Origin: a virus
Virus record (IMG/VR): IMGVR_UViG_3300034060_000074
Length of the DNA: 64,000 nucleotides
Strand: one strand, 5' to 3'
This document shows, piece after piece, positions 1-7,998 of this stretch. Within the stretch, counting starts at the first letter, position 1. Each line of letters opens with the position of its first letter. Under the pieces are notes generated by a model. That model saw nothing but the letters and a program-made list of their open reading frames with translations, was not told the DNA's origin and ran no database searches. The position numbers were made by a program, and so were the translations under genes.

Positions 1-340
1 ATTTTAACTTAGGAGCCATCTCACCACTACGTTTTTCTATTAATTCAGACTCACGCTTTAAAGCAGCCTTTCTAAAACCTGCAGGGTTGATTTCTTTATG
101 AGCAGGTGTCTTCTTATCAAGACCATAAGACTTCTCAGAACGTCCCATTTTACCACCATCTTTCATACTAGTGGCACCAAGTTCTTTATCTTTCTTTAAT
201 TTAGGAGTCATTCTAGCATTTGCTAAAGTGTTTTCTTGAACTTTAGTCCAAGCACCCTGAGGGTCAATAGGACCTACACGCTTATCAGAAGCTTTCAATC
301 CTGACATGCTACCCATGCCAGCTTTTTTTACCTTTGCCAT
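1..340 (-). CDS. Lys-rich hypothetical protein, C-terminus runs off the window; carries an MKDGGK motif like the cargo proteins
   Basis: Not in the ORF track; translated by hand from ATG at 340: MAKVKKAGMGSMSGLKASDKRVGPIDPQGAWTKVQENTLANARMTPKLKKDKELGATSMKDGGKMGR..., open to the window edge. TAATG overlap with the upstream ORF. Confidence 0.75.
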   Translation of the reverse strand, partial: MAKVKKAGMGSMSGLKASDKRVGPIDPQGAWTKVQENTLANARMTPKLKKDKELGATSMKDGGKMGRSEKSYGLDKKTPAHKEINPAGFRKAALKRESELIEKRSGEMAPKLK

Positions 341-489
341 TATTTTTTAGTTTTAGCTTTTATTTTCTTTTCTTGTTTCAGCATAGCTGGAGTTGGTTTC
401 TTCCCAGATCCTTTAGCAGCACGAATGTTATCCCACAATCCACGTTGAGATGTAGAACCATCAGCACGTTTGATCATTTCTTTTGCCAT
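340..489 (-). CDS. Small basic protein (49 aa)
   Basis: Hand translation MAKEMIKRADGSTSQRGLWDNIRAAKGSGKKPTPAMLKQEKKIKAKTKK. Coupled by TAATG stop/start overlaps on both sides. Confidence 0.8.
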   Translation of the reverse strand: MAKEMIKRADGSTSQRGLWDNIRAAKGSGKKPTPAMLKQEKKIKAKTKK

Positions 490-764
490 TATAATGTACT
501 TTTAGGGGTTTCTTCAACTTCTTTAACAATACCTGCTTCTACACCTCTAGCTAGAACAGACTCAATAGCACCTGTTGCTCTATCTGCTAAGAAGATGGCA
601 TGTGCTTCTGGTGTATTTGTAATAGCACGTAAAGCGTTTAATATAACACCAAACTCTCCTCCAGAGATGGTAAAGTTATGTTCTGTTGACCATGTATATT
701 TCTTACTAGGGTCATAACTTGGGGCTTCATTAGCCACGTCTACTTGGTTGATTTCTTCTGACAT
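489..764 (-). CDS. Hypothetical protein (91 aa)
   Basis: ORF track; directly downstream of a Bacteroidota-type promoter; stop overlaps the next start. Confidence 0.75.
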   Translation of the reverse strand: MSEEINQVDVANEAPSYDPSKKYTWSTEHNFTISGGEFGVILNALRAITNTPEAHAIFLADRATGAIESVLARGVEAGIVKEVEETPKSTL

Positions 765-786
765 AGTTATAATTTTTGTTTAACTA

Positions 787-818
787 CAAAGTTATGTATA
801 ATTTAATTACTATCCAAA
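787..818 (-). promoter_or_regulatory. Bacteroidota RpoD-type promoter
   Basis: Minus strand TTTG (815-818), 20 nt, TAACTTTG (787-794); 23 nt before the ATG at 764. Confidence 0.7.
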
Positions 819-1093
819 TTTATTTCAAACGTGATGGTAGCAGAGCTTTTGATGCTCTTGCTTAGATCCAGTTTGATATGAAATAGATTGTGGAATTTTA
901 ATAGTTCTTCTAACAGCATATTATTATACTTGGGCACAGATGCAGCCAATCTAAAATGATAAGAATGAGGATTTTTAACTATTTCTAGTGTAGAAAGCTC
1001 ATCCACTGATGCAATAATTCCTTCAAGGTGAGCAAAATAAGCAAGTTCGTTATCTTGCATCACCTCAGGAAAGAATTTCTTGTTAATCTGCAT
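803..1093 (-). CDS. Hypothetical protein (96 aa)
   Basis: ORF track; start overlaps the stop of the ferritin-like gene. Confidence 0.75.
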   Translation of the reverse strand: MQINKKFFPEVMQDNELAYFAHLEGIIASVDELSTLEIVKNPHSYHFRLAASVPKYNNMLLEELLKFHNLFHIKLDLSKSIKSSATITFEINLDSN

Positions 1094-1497
1094 TAAGACA
1101 AGGTTAATAAATATTTAGTTTTTGCTGCTTCGCCACTCAATGCATCTGCTAAGTTAGCAATATCATGATAGCTATTTACTTCACCATATTTTTTCAAGTT
1201 ACTAGCAAAGTCCATAAGAGCTGTTACAACTGATGTAGCATCTACAGCACTAAGTGCTTCTATCTTATATACTCCAGGACGTTTACCACAATAACCCATT
1301 ATTTTTTCTATCACACCATCTTTGAAATCATGTACATAATCATACAATCCCCCTAAAGCTTGGTGTTCTGCATAACTCTTTGTTTGCCAATGCAATAGAT
1401 GCAATTGCTCATGGAAATACGTAAGCTTCCCAGCTATTGTTTCCAAGTTTAATTCTCCTGATTTCATCATCTCATCAGGGAATAATGATTTTGCCAT
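1093..1497 (-). CDS. Ferritin/Dps-like four-helix protein (DUF5856-like)
   Basis: LHLLHWQTKSYAEHQALGGLYD...E motif resembles the Dps HW...H..L...Y ferroxidase segment and phage DUF5856 proteins. Confidence 0.7.
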   Translation of the reverse strand: MAKSLFPDEMMKSGELNLETIAGKLTYFHEQLHLLHWQTKSYAEHQALGGLYDYVHDFKDGVIEKIMGYCGKRPGVYKIEALSAVDATSVVTALMDFASNLKKYGEVNSYHDIANLADALSGEAAKTKYLLTLS

Positions 1498-1508
1498 TGT
1501 TAGTTGGT

Positions 1509-2009
1509 TTAACGAGGTTCTGTAGTTGTTGTACTGGTGGTACTAGTAGACGTACTAGTAGACGTACTAGTAGAAGTAGTTGTTGTTGTAGGTGTTGCTG
1601 TAGTAGTGGTAGTAGTAGTTGTATTACTAAAACTTACTTCAGGATCAAAACTAGAACATGTACAACCAGCTCCTGCTGTAATAACTGTTGTAGTTCCTGC
1701 TGCATCTGCTGCAGATATAGAACCAGTTACAGCACATATAGTGGCTACTAATAAATTGCTACCAACTAAGTTTACAGTTTGTGTGCTGTTGTCAACACCA
1801 GATCTGTAAGTGATAACTGTTGATACAGCACCTTCAGCAGTTGCTATAATTTGATAAGAGGTACCACCACTGTTACACTCGTACCCTTGTACTTGCTGCC
1901 AGTTACCCACTTTTGGTTTTGTTCGTCTAAGGATTAAGCTCCCTGCAACTACTCTGCCACTACCATCGTAGCGGACATAAGCTTTAAGATCACGATTGTT
2001 ACTTCCCAT
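1509..2009 (-). CDS. Putative virion-associated protein with a C-terminal poly-Thr/Ser tail
   Basis: N-terminal KAYVRYDGSGRVVAGSLILR domain; last ~36 aa are almost all T/S. Confidence 0.75.
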   Translation of the reverse strand: MGSNNRDLKAYVRYDGSGRVVAGSLILRRTKPKVGNWQQVQGYECNSGGTSYQIIATAEGAVSTVITYRSGVDNSTQTVNLVGSNLLVATICAVTGSISAADAAGTTTVITAGAGCTCSSFDPEVSFSNTTTTTTTTATPTTTTTSTSTSTSTSTSTTSTTTTEPR

Positions 2010-2025
2010 TGTTTAAATTTTATGG

Positions 2026-3042
2026 TTAATAGTTAAGGTTATATTTTTGTTTCAATTCTAATAATTGTTGTACGTAATAATGATTAGCGTGTTTTTTAGA
2101 ACCTTCATCATTTAATACTACGTCTAAGTGTGTATCTTTAAAAGGATCTTTACCAGCGTGATATGCTCCTTTATAGAAGGCAGGATATCCCATACTGTTT
2201 TGTCCTGTAATTCCTGCATTGTGTAGAAGTGTTGTTCTATCCAGTTTCTCAATTGGATCTGAAGACCAACAAAATTCTAATTCAGGAATGTTCTTAGTCT
2301 CTTGTTCTCTAAGCCAAATGTTCCATAGCACAGCCCACATATCTGCACACCAGCTTTGAAACCCTTTGTTCTCATCTTTAAAGAACTGTTTGTTTATGTT
2401 CTGAAGATATGTACGAATAAGTACAGAATCATTCATCACCTTCTTCCAGAAGTCAGAATCTATGTTCTTAAGGAAGTATTGAGCTCCTCCTGAATGTTCA
2501 TTGTTAGCTTCAGCTATTTCTCTATTGATGCCCACCAAGCTTGTAATTTCAGCTAGAACATCTCTAGTTTTGTATTCTTCAAGCTTCTCTGGAAGCACAT
2601 CTCTCACTTTACTATCAAAATATGAAGCATTGATATAACTGTTTGTATCAGATAGATAGTTTATATCATCATCTTTAAACTCATCAATGTTAAATTTATC
2701 TGTAAATATGACATCACAATCACAGTAAAACACTGCTTTGGTGATCATATCAGGATTGTCCTGAAAATACCTCATTAAGCAATAGGGACGTAGAATAGGA
2801 ATATACACTCCTAAATACTGACTAACGTCTCCTGTATCCTTGTAGAAAGCAAACTGTGCTTCTGGATACAGCTCCATTATCTTCTCCCATTTACCATTGT
2901 ATTCTCTAAAACTAGGTGTGTACACTAAAACAATTGCCTTGTCTGAGTGCCCAAGCTTCTTCAAGCTTTCTAACCATAGATGTACCTGCCATGTGTAGTA
3001 GACATCATCTGGCTGGGCACAGATAAATTTAAGATCCTTCAT
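2026..3042 (-). CDS. GT-A fold glycosyltransferase resembling plant peptidyl-Ser galactosyl / Hyp-arabinosyl transferases (GT96/GT95-like)
   Basis: YYTWQ near the N-terminus, DxD (FYCDCDVIF), WCADMWAVLWN and a late LLHNAG. This order recalls the Y..WQ / DxD / W..EMY / H pattern of SGT/HPAT enzymes (from memory). Confidence 0.55.
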   Translation of the reverse strand: MKDLKFICAQPDDVYYTWQVHLWLESLKKLGHSDKAIVLVYTPSFREYNGKWEKIMELYPEAQFAFYKDTGDVSQYLGVYIPILRPYCLMRYFQDNPDMITKAVFYCDCDVIFTDKFNIDEFKDDDINYLSDTNSYINASYFDSKVRDVLPEKLEEYKTRDVLAEITSLVGINREIAEANNEHSGGAQYFLKNIDSDFWKKVMNDSVLIRTYLQNINKQFFKDENKGFQSWCADMWAVLWNIWLREQETKNIPELEFCWSSDPIEKLDRTTLLHNAGITGQNSMGYPAFYKGAYHAGKDPFKDTHLDVVLNDEGSKKHANHYYVQQLLELKQKYNLNY

Positions 3043-3068
3043 ATGTAGTTTTTGTTGGTTTCTCTTTA

Positions 3069-3218
3069 TTAAGGAGTAGCTGTTGTTGTTGTACTAGTTG
3101 TACTAGTTGTGGTAGTATTAGCAGCAGTCACTCTAATCAATTGTTCTAATTGCTTAGATATTTGCCAAAGCAAATTATCTGTAGTACTCCAACCTATTTG
3201 TCTTGATGGTATTGCCAT
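3069..3218 (-). CDS. Small protein (49 aa) with a poly-Thr tail
   Basis: Not in the ORF track; hand translation MAIPSRQIGWSTTDNLLWQISKQLEQLIRVTAANTTTTSTTSTTTTATP; fills the gap between two genes. Confidence 0.8.
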   Translation of the reverse strand: MAIPSRQIGWSTTDNLLWQISKQLEQLIRVTAANTTTTSTTSTTTTATP

Positions 3219-3235
3219 TATATTAATATTTTATA

Positions 3236-4324
3236 TTATCCTACTTGATTTACTGTTACAATTAATCCAGGAATAGCAGGAATATCTCCTGAAGCTACAG
3301 CTGATGTAATTGCTATTGCATTATCTGCATTACTGTTTATTTCCCACTTAAGCTGTACATATTCATTAGCCACTGTTGTCTTAAAGAAAAAGTTCCATGC
3401 TGGTACAACATATATAGAGTTGGAAGGAAATCCTATTTGTGAAGCACTAATAGGTACACTTACACCATTTTGTGCTAACCAAATATGAATATGTGTAGCA
3501 GTGTTACCACTATTTTTTACCATCTGAGCACTAAACGCTATATTATATACACCAGGATTAGCTATTGTTATTTGAGAACCAGAAACAAGTGAAACTCCAT
3601 TGTTCCATGGATCTGAATTATTAAGACCCATTGTAAGAACAGCTCCTGCAACACCTGTTTGAGTAGTAGTGTCATAGAAAGATCCTAAATAACCAAATCC
3701 TCCAGCAGCCCCACTTGTTCCTGATGTACCTGATGTGCCTTTTGTTCCTGAAGACCCTGATGTTCCGCTTACTCCTGATGTACCAGAAGAACCTGTCGTA
3801 CCACTTGTTCCGCTAGTACCAGCGGTTCCACTTGTTCCATTAACACCACTTGTTCCAGAAGAACCAGTTAGTCCTGATGTACCTGACGTACCATTAGAAC
3901 CATTACCACCAGCAGCACCATTAAGGTTTACACCCCATGAGGTGTAAGTTCCTGATCCTACCACTTCAGAAGGAGCATCAAACACCAAAACCCCTGTAGC
4001 AGGGTTGTAGGATATAATCATTGAAACCTGATGGTTACTAATGTTATAAGCTATCAATATATCTTGAGCAACTGTGTATGCCAGTCCTGTACCTACAGTG
4101 ATGGTTCCACCAGTTCCTAATGTAAATGATGTAGAAGATGTAGTTTGATATCTGTCTCCAGATGCACCAGTTAACCCAGATGTACCAGATGTGCCTGAAG
4201 ATCCATTTGTACCTGATGTGCCAGCTACGTTTTTGATCAGGGTATCTAAATTAAGCCACCCCTTGTAACCATTACAAGGTTCGCATCTCTGATCCCAAAA
4301 ACCAGCTTTAATAAACGTAGGCAT
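3236..4324 (-). CDS. Collagen-like (Gly-Thr-Ser) fibre with a C-terminal C1q/BclA-C-like beta domain
   Basis: Two G-X-Y runs made of G/T/S flank an ~85-aa globular insert; C-terminal YLGSFYD...SQITIANPGVYNIAFSAQ resembles a TNF/C1q-like jelly-roll head. Confidence 0.65.
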   Translation of the reverse strand: MPTFIKAGFWDQRCEPCNGYKGWLNLDTLIKNVAGTSGTNGSSGTSGTSGLTGASGDRYQTTSSTSFTLGTGGTITVGTGLAYTVAQDILIAYNISNHQVSMIISYNPATGVLVFDAPSEVVGSGTYTSWGVNLNGAAGGNGSNGTSGTSGLTGSSGTSGVNGTSGTAGTSGTSGTTGSSGTSGVSGTSGSSGTKGTSGTSGTSGAAGGFGYLGSFYDTTTQTGVAGAVLTMGLNNSDPWNNGVSLVSGSQITIANPGVYNIAFSAQMVKNSGNTATHIHIWLAQNGVSVPISASQIGFPSNSIYVVPAWNFFFKTTVANEYVQLKWEINSNADNAIAITSAVASGDIPAIPGLIVTVNQVG

Positions 4325-4346
4325 ACTAGTGCAATTAAATAATTTT

Positions 4347-4377
4347 CAAAGATATGTTACTTTTTACTATTAACAAT
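4347..4377 (-). promoter_or_regulatory. Bacteroidota-type promoter for the small collagen-like fibre
   Basis: TATCTTTG at 4347-4354 (minus strand); imperfect -33 (ATTG) at 19-nt spacing; AT-rich intergenic region. Confidence 0.55.
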
Positions 4378-4469
4378 GAGTATCAATAATTTACAATAAC
4401 AAATTTAGTTATAAGTGTTTTAACTTTTTTAGTTAGAGGTTTAGAAATATCTACATATTGGTAGTAATA

Positions 4470-4598
4470 CTACTTACCTTGACCTTTATATTTCTTTACT
4501 GGTTTGTCTTTTGGACCTTTTGATTTAGCAGCTTTACCACCTTTGCGTTTTCCAAATGTAAGTTTTGTAGAGGCCACTCCTCCTTTTGCTTTTGCCAT
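4470..4598 (-). CDS. Very basic small protein (42 aa)
   Basis: Not in the ORF track; hand translation MAKAKGGVASTKLTFGKRKGGKAAKSKGPKDKPVKKYKGQGK, TAG stop at 4470-4472. Confidence 0.75.
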   Translation of the reverse strand: MAKAKGGVASTKLTFGKRKGGKAAKSKGPKDKPVKKYKGQGK

Positions 4599-4608
4599 GT
4601 TGATTGTT

Positions 4609-4995
4609 TTATCTTTTTATAGTGAAGAATTGTAATACTATAACACCAACTAATACCAGTTTTTGAGCAAACTCCCATCCACTATTATCTTTAGCAACAG
4701 GAATACGCATATTTAACCTTTCATCATATCTCACTCTATACTGATTTGTAACTGTATACAAGCTATCATATGTTGTTTTTTTCTTATTTATAATGCTGTC
4801 TTTTATATAAACATATGTCTTCAACGAATCAATTGTATTTTGATTAGATTGAAAATTATCATTTATAGTGGTTGCCTGCTTTAAGGTCATTATCACTACA
4901 GAATCATTTCCTATCTTCTTAACGATTGGATACTGGCAATAGGTTAAATTTGACACCAGTGTCAGCAAGATTGCTATCAAGTTTACTTTTAGCAT
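4609..4995 (-). CDS. Exported/membrane protein of the lysis region (spanin candidate)
   Basis: Hydrophobic N-terminus, coiled-coil-like middle, hydrophobic C-terminus (LVLVGVIVLQFF); overlaps the upstream gene by 77 nt. Confidence 0.55.
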   Translation of the reverse strand: MLKVNLIAILLTLVSNLTYCQYPIVKKIGNDSVVIMTLKQATTINDNFQSNQNTIDSLKTYVYIKDSIINKKKTTYDSLYTVTNQYRVRYDERLNMRIPVAKDNSGWEFAQKLVLVGVIVLQFFTIKR

Positions 4996-5248
4996 TAATT
5001 AATTCAGATTTTAATGAGCTAACCTCTGCCTTTAATGATACAATTTGGTTAACTGCTTGGTTTACTATTTTTGTTTGTGCTTTGGTAGCACCTTCTTGTA
5101 CAGCTGCACTATTTTTATTATTTTCTGAAACTTTGCTAAGTAGAGATTCAAACTCTTTATCTTCTTTAACTGTTTCATCAATGTGCTGAGCTGTGGTATA
5201 TTGACATCCATATAGACTTATTAATATTAAAAATGTTAATGTTCTCAT
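4919..5248 (-). CDS. Putative lipoprotein with coiled coil (spanin candidate)
   Basis: MRTLTFLILISLYGC lipobox-like signal; heptad-rich body. Confidence 0.55.
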   Translation of the reverse strand: MRTLTFLILISLYGCQYTTAQHIDETVKEDKEFESLLSKVSENNKNSAAVQEGATKAQTKIVNQAVNQIVSLKAEVSSLKSELINAKSKLDSNLADTGVKFNLLPVSNR

Positions 5249-5550
5249 TAGTGTAACTTTTTTATGGCCCCTAATTGTTGTAATGTTTGTAACTGAGTGG
5301 TAGTCACAGCTTTAGTGCTATCACTAACTCTTAATGCTTCCTGTACCTTATCTAATCTACCTTCCACCTTTTCAATACGTACATTCTGAGAAGTTGCCTG
5401 CTCTTTAAATGTTGTACGAACATCTACGTATAGATATGAAATTGCAATGAGCACCAGAAAAAGGGTGCCCACTATTGGGTTTTTAGCAAACTCCTTAAAC
5501 GATATAGGTAAAGGGTTTGCTGATATGTTTGTTTCTTTTTTCGCTGCCAT
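5248..5550 (-). CDS. Single-TM membrane protein (holin/antiholin candidate)
   Basis: TM segment IVGTLFLVLIAISYLYV followed by coiled coil; within the lysis cassette. Confidence 0.55.
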   Translation of the reverse strand: MAAKKETNISANPLPISFKEFAKNPIVGTLFLVLIAISYLYVDVRTTFKEQATSQNVRIEKVEGRLDKVQEALRVSDSTKAVTTTQLQTLQQLGAIKKLH

Positions 5551-5942
5551 TATCTTAATTTGTTTTTGTATTCTAATACAGCTAAACGCTGTTTGATCTC
5601 TGCTCTTTCAGTTGCTGCAGCTTCTTTGATATCAGTCATTTTTTGTACGATTTCCATCTTCATATCAGCTCTGCTTTGTGCTGCTGCCGCTCTAATAGCC
5701 TCCATCTCAATAGTAGTTCCCTGTGGAGGAATAGCTTTATTTTCAGTAGTTACTACCACTGCTATCTTATTATTTAAAACAGTTATCTGGTTGTTTAAGG
5801 TACTCACTTGAGTCAATAACCATCCAATAGCTGATACACAAATAGGTAAAAGTGTGAAAACTAACTTCTCTACCAACCCTGACTTACTTTTATCAGCTGC
5901 CAGTTGCTCAGATATCTTTTCATTCCTTTCTTCTTGTGTCAT
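5550..5942 (-). CDS. Single-TM coiled-coil protein
   Basis: LVFTLLPICVSAIGWLLT TM segment; translationally coupled to the endolysin. Confidence 0.6.
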   Translation of the reverse strand: MTQEERNEKISEQLAADKSKSGLVEKLVFTLLPICVSAIGWLLTQVSTLNNQITVLNNKIAVVVTTENKAIPPQGTTIEMEAIRAAAAQSRADMKMEIVQKMTDIKEAAATERAEIKQRLAVLEYKNKLR

Positions 5943-6547
5943 TATATACTACCATTTAAAAGGTTATTGTATTCATTAAAATGTTTTATACGATCTGGTA
6001 GACCAATTGTTCCACCATTAACACGCTTAGTCACTTTGGTTACCACTGCATCTGTAGCCCCCTCGTCAGCAATCTTATGTAATCCATTCTTATGGAAGAA
6101 CCAAGCTGCAGATAAAAGTGGGTACTTTGTAGCTACAAGATCAGGGTTAGCTAGGATATCCTCCTCTACAGTCTTGTCAAAAGCAGCGTAGTTATCCTTA
6201 CCTGTTAATTGTATATAACCACGACCTCTAAACTTATAACCTTCACCAGAAGCCTGAGGACCGTTACCCATACGATTAGCATAGACAACGTTAGCAATCT
6301 TTTCAGGCTTACGTTCGTACTCTTTAGCACTTATAGCTGTAAAGTATTTCTTAAAGATGCTCTGTAAACCAGCAGCACCATAGTTTAAGTTCTCTGTAAC
6401 AGCTTTGAATCCACCTGATTCATGTCCTGTTTGTGCTAGAAAATGAGCTAAACGTAAAGGAGTATTAATCTCAAACTTCTCTACTACACCAGGGATTTGT
6501 GCAATCACTGTGTCAGGAATATTTCCTTTTAACTTTTCTATGTTCAT
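5942..6547 (-). CDS. Endolysin, glycoside hydrolase family 19
   Basis: RLAHFLAQTGHESGGF...ENLNY and FRGRGYIQLTGKDNY signatures; TKRVNGGTIGLPDR C-terminus. Confidence 0.92.
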   Translation of the reverse strand: MNIEKLKGNIPDTVIAQIPGVVEKFEINTPLRLAHFLAQTGHESGGFKAVTENLNYGAAGLQSIFKKYFTAISAKEYERKPEKIANVVYANRMGNGPQASGEGYKFRGRGYIQLTGKDNYAAFDKTVEEDILANPDLVATKYPLLSAAWFFHKNGLHKIADEGATDAVVTKVTKRVNGGTIGLPDRIKHFNEYNNLLNGSI

Positions 6548-6549
6548 AG

Positions 6550-7152
6550 TTATTTAATTTTCCAATAGCTACTCAACCCATATATAACTTGACTATTGTT
6601 GTTTAATCCAATATGTAAACCAAATATCTTATCTCTCTTACTCTTGTAAAGCACTCCCCCCTGTATAGTTTGAAGTTCTATTTGTTTATTACCAGTGACA
6701 CCCCCACCCATAAATAAAGCTCCCTTAGAAGGAGCCTGCTTAGTAATAGTAGTGGTTGTATGGATAGTAGGTATCTTATAGTTATAGTTATAAGATCTAT
6801 TCTGTAAGTTGTTTTTATGTACTGTATCAGCTATAGCTACATATCCCAATGTGTCTAGCTTTAACGTATCAGTGTAGATGTTCTTTGCCAAGTAAGCAAT
6901 CACCAAGGAATCATATTGTGCTTTGAGCTTAGGATAGGATGTATCAGCTATGTATTCTGAAGGAGTTGAAATAGTGTCATGTATTGTCTCTTTGATCTTT
7001 AACTTCTTGATAATCAATGAGTCATGAACCTGCCAAGCAGTGTCATGTACAGTTACTATTTCAGACTTTTTGTCTATGTAAGTGCACCCATCATTTTGAA
7101 AAAATATAAATGCTAGTAAAACAAAAATTATGACACTAAGTAGTTTATTCAT
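6550..7152 (-). CDS. N-terminally anchored exported protein (inner-spanin candidate)
   Basis: MNKLLSVIIFVLLAFIFF signal anchor; immediately upstream of the endolysin; beta-rich C-terminus ending YWKIK. Confidence 0.5.
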   Translation of the reverse strand: MNKLLSVIIFVLLAFIFFQNDGCTYIDKKSEIVTVHDTAWQVHDSLIIKKLKIKETIHDTISTPSEYIADTSYPKLKAQYDSLVIAYLAKNIYTDTLKLDTLGYVAIADTVHKNNLQNRSYNYNYKIPTIHTTTTITKQAPSKGALFMGGGVTGNKQIELQTIQGGVLYKSKRDKIFGLHIGLNNNSQVIYGLSSYWKIK

Positions 7153-7396
7153 TATCTTCAGTTTGGTTTCTCTTATTAATAAATTTATCTACAGAAGCAA
7201 TACCAAAACAAGCTATAGTTAAGATTTTAAATGAGTCATATATGAATTCATTTACTAACAATGGTTTATTCATAGCCCCTGTAACAATATCTGTCAAAGC
7301 AAATACTATCATGATTAAAAAAGAAGCAAAACCAATTACAGCTTTCTCATTAATTGAGTTGCTGTCATCAAATAGATCAGAAAAGAATTTCTTCAT
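7145..7396 (-). CDS. Two-TM holin-like protein (probable start MKKFF at 7396)
   Basis: Two hydrophobic segments and a charged C-terminus; ORF track start at 7441 extends into the upstream gene. Confidence 0.55.
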   Translation of the reverse strand: MKKFFSDLFDDSNSINEKAVIGFASFLIMIVFALTDIVTGAMNKPLLVNEFIYDSFKILTIACFGIASVDKFINKRNQTEDNE

Positions 7397-7670
7397 GTTT
7401 TTCGTTTTTAGTTGTTTTTCTATTATTAGGTAGGATGGCATAGCTTGCTAATTCTAATTCTCTATTAGGAAGATCAAAAGGAATAGAAGCTGTTTTCTTA
7501 TAGATAATTCTTTCTAGATTATCTATACGTGTTTTGTCTACATTAGACTGAGCCATTAGGGCTTTGACATCTGATTTGATTTCAGTAACATCGTTCCAAA
7601 TCATCATTGCTAGTATTGATACTAAGCCAGGGAAAATCCAAACTTTGAAGGTTCCAACTTGTTCTTTCAT
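7377..7670 (-). CDS. Single-TM protein
   Basis: VWIFPGLVSILAMMIW TM segment followed by coiled coil. Confidence 0.6.
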   Translation of the reverse strand: MKEQVGTFKVWIFPGLVSILAMMIWNDVTEIKSDVKALMAQSNVDKTRIDNLERIIYKKTASIPFDLPNRELELASYAILPNNRKTTKNEKHEEILF

Positions 7671-7689
7671 CTTGTTTCAAAAATGACAA

Positions 7690-7723
7690 TAGCATGCCCT
7701 TCCCTAACAGGGAGAGTATGCTA
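7690..7723 (-). terminator. Probable intrinsic terminator or stem-loop after the DUF2061 gene
   Basis: TAGCAT...TCCCT-AAC-AGGGA...ATGCTA imperfect hairpin; T-rich tail on the minus strand. Confidence 0.5.
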
Positions 7724-7742
7724 TATAGTTTAAAAATGGGGG

Positions 7743-7949
7743 TTATTTCTTCAGACCATACTTAATCCATTTGTACCAAATACGTTCATGGATAAAGTAT
7801 TGAATAGGTTTGTATATAAGTTCAGCCACCCCAAAGGCAGCTCCTATCTTAATGGATTTGCTAATCCACCACATAAGCAAGAAGCCTATTATGGTGCTAA
7901 TAATCCTGTAACTTATAGTTTTTGCAATATGTCTCTTTAACAAGGGCAT
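7743..7949 (-). CDS. DUF2061-family small membrane protein
   Basis: RHIAKTISYRIIST...YFIHERIW signature; start set at the second Met because a promoter overlaps the first. Confidence 0.75.
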   Translation of the reverse strand: MPLLKRHIAKTISYRIISTIIGFLLMWWISKSIKIGAAFGVAELIYKPIQYFIHERIWYKWIKYGLKK

Positions 7950-7958
7950 AATTAGTGG

Positions 7959-7990
7959 CAAAGATATGTAAAATAAATGAATTGACCAAA
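7959..7990 (-). promoter_or_regulatory. Bacteroidota RpoD-type promoter
   Basis: TTTG (7987-7990), 20 nt, TATCTTTG (7959-7966). Confidence 0.7.
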
Positions 7991-7998
7991 TCTTTTTT

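Noticed and set aside
334-717. 127-aa plus-strand ORF and similar antisense ORFs across the window (e.g. 1437-1751, 5904-6191, 24675-25352, 42149-42688)
   Set aside because: They overlap better-supported, translationally coupled minus-strand genes and have atypical composition.
1540-1575. 12-bp tandem repeat GTACTAGTAGAC and other short repeats as a CRISPR array or phase-variation tract
   Set aside because: No spacers; unit lengths are multiples of three and simply encode Thr/Ser tracts.
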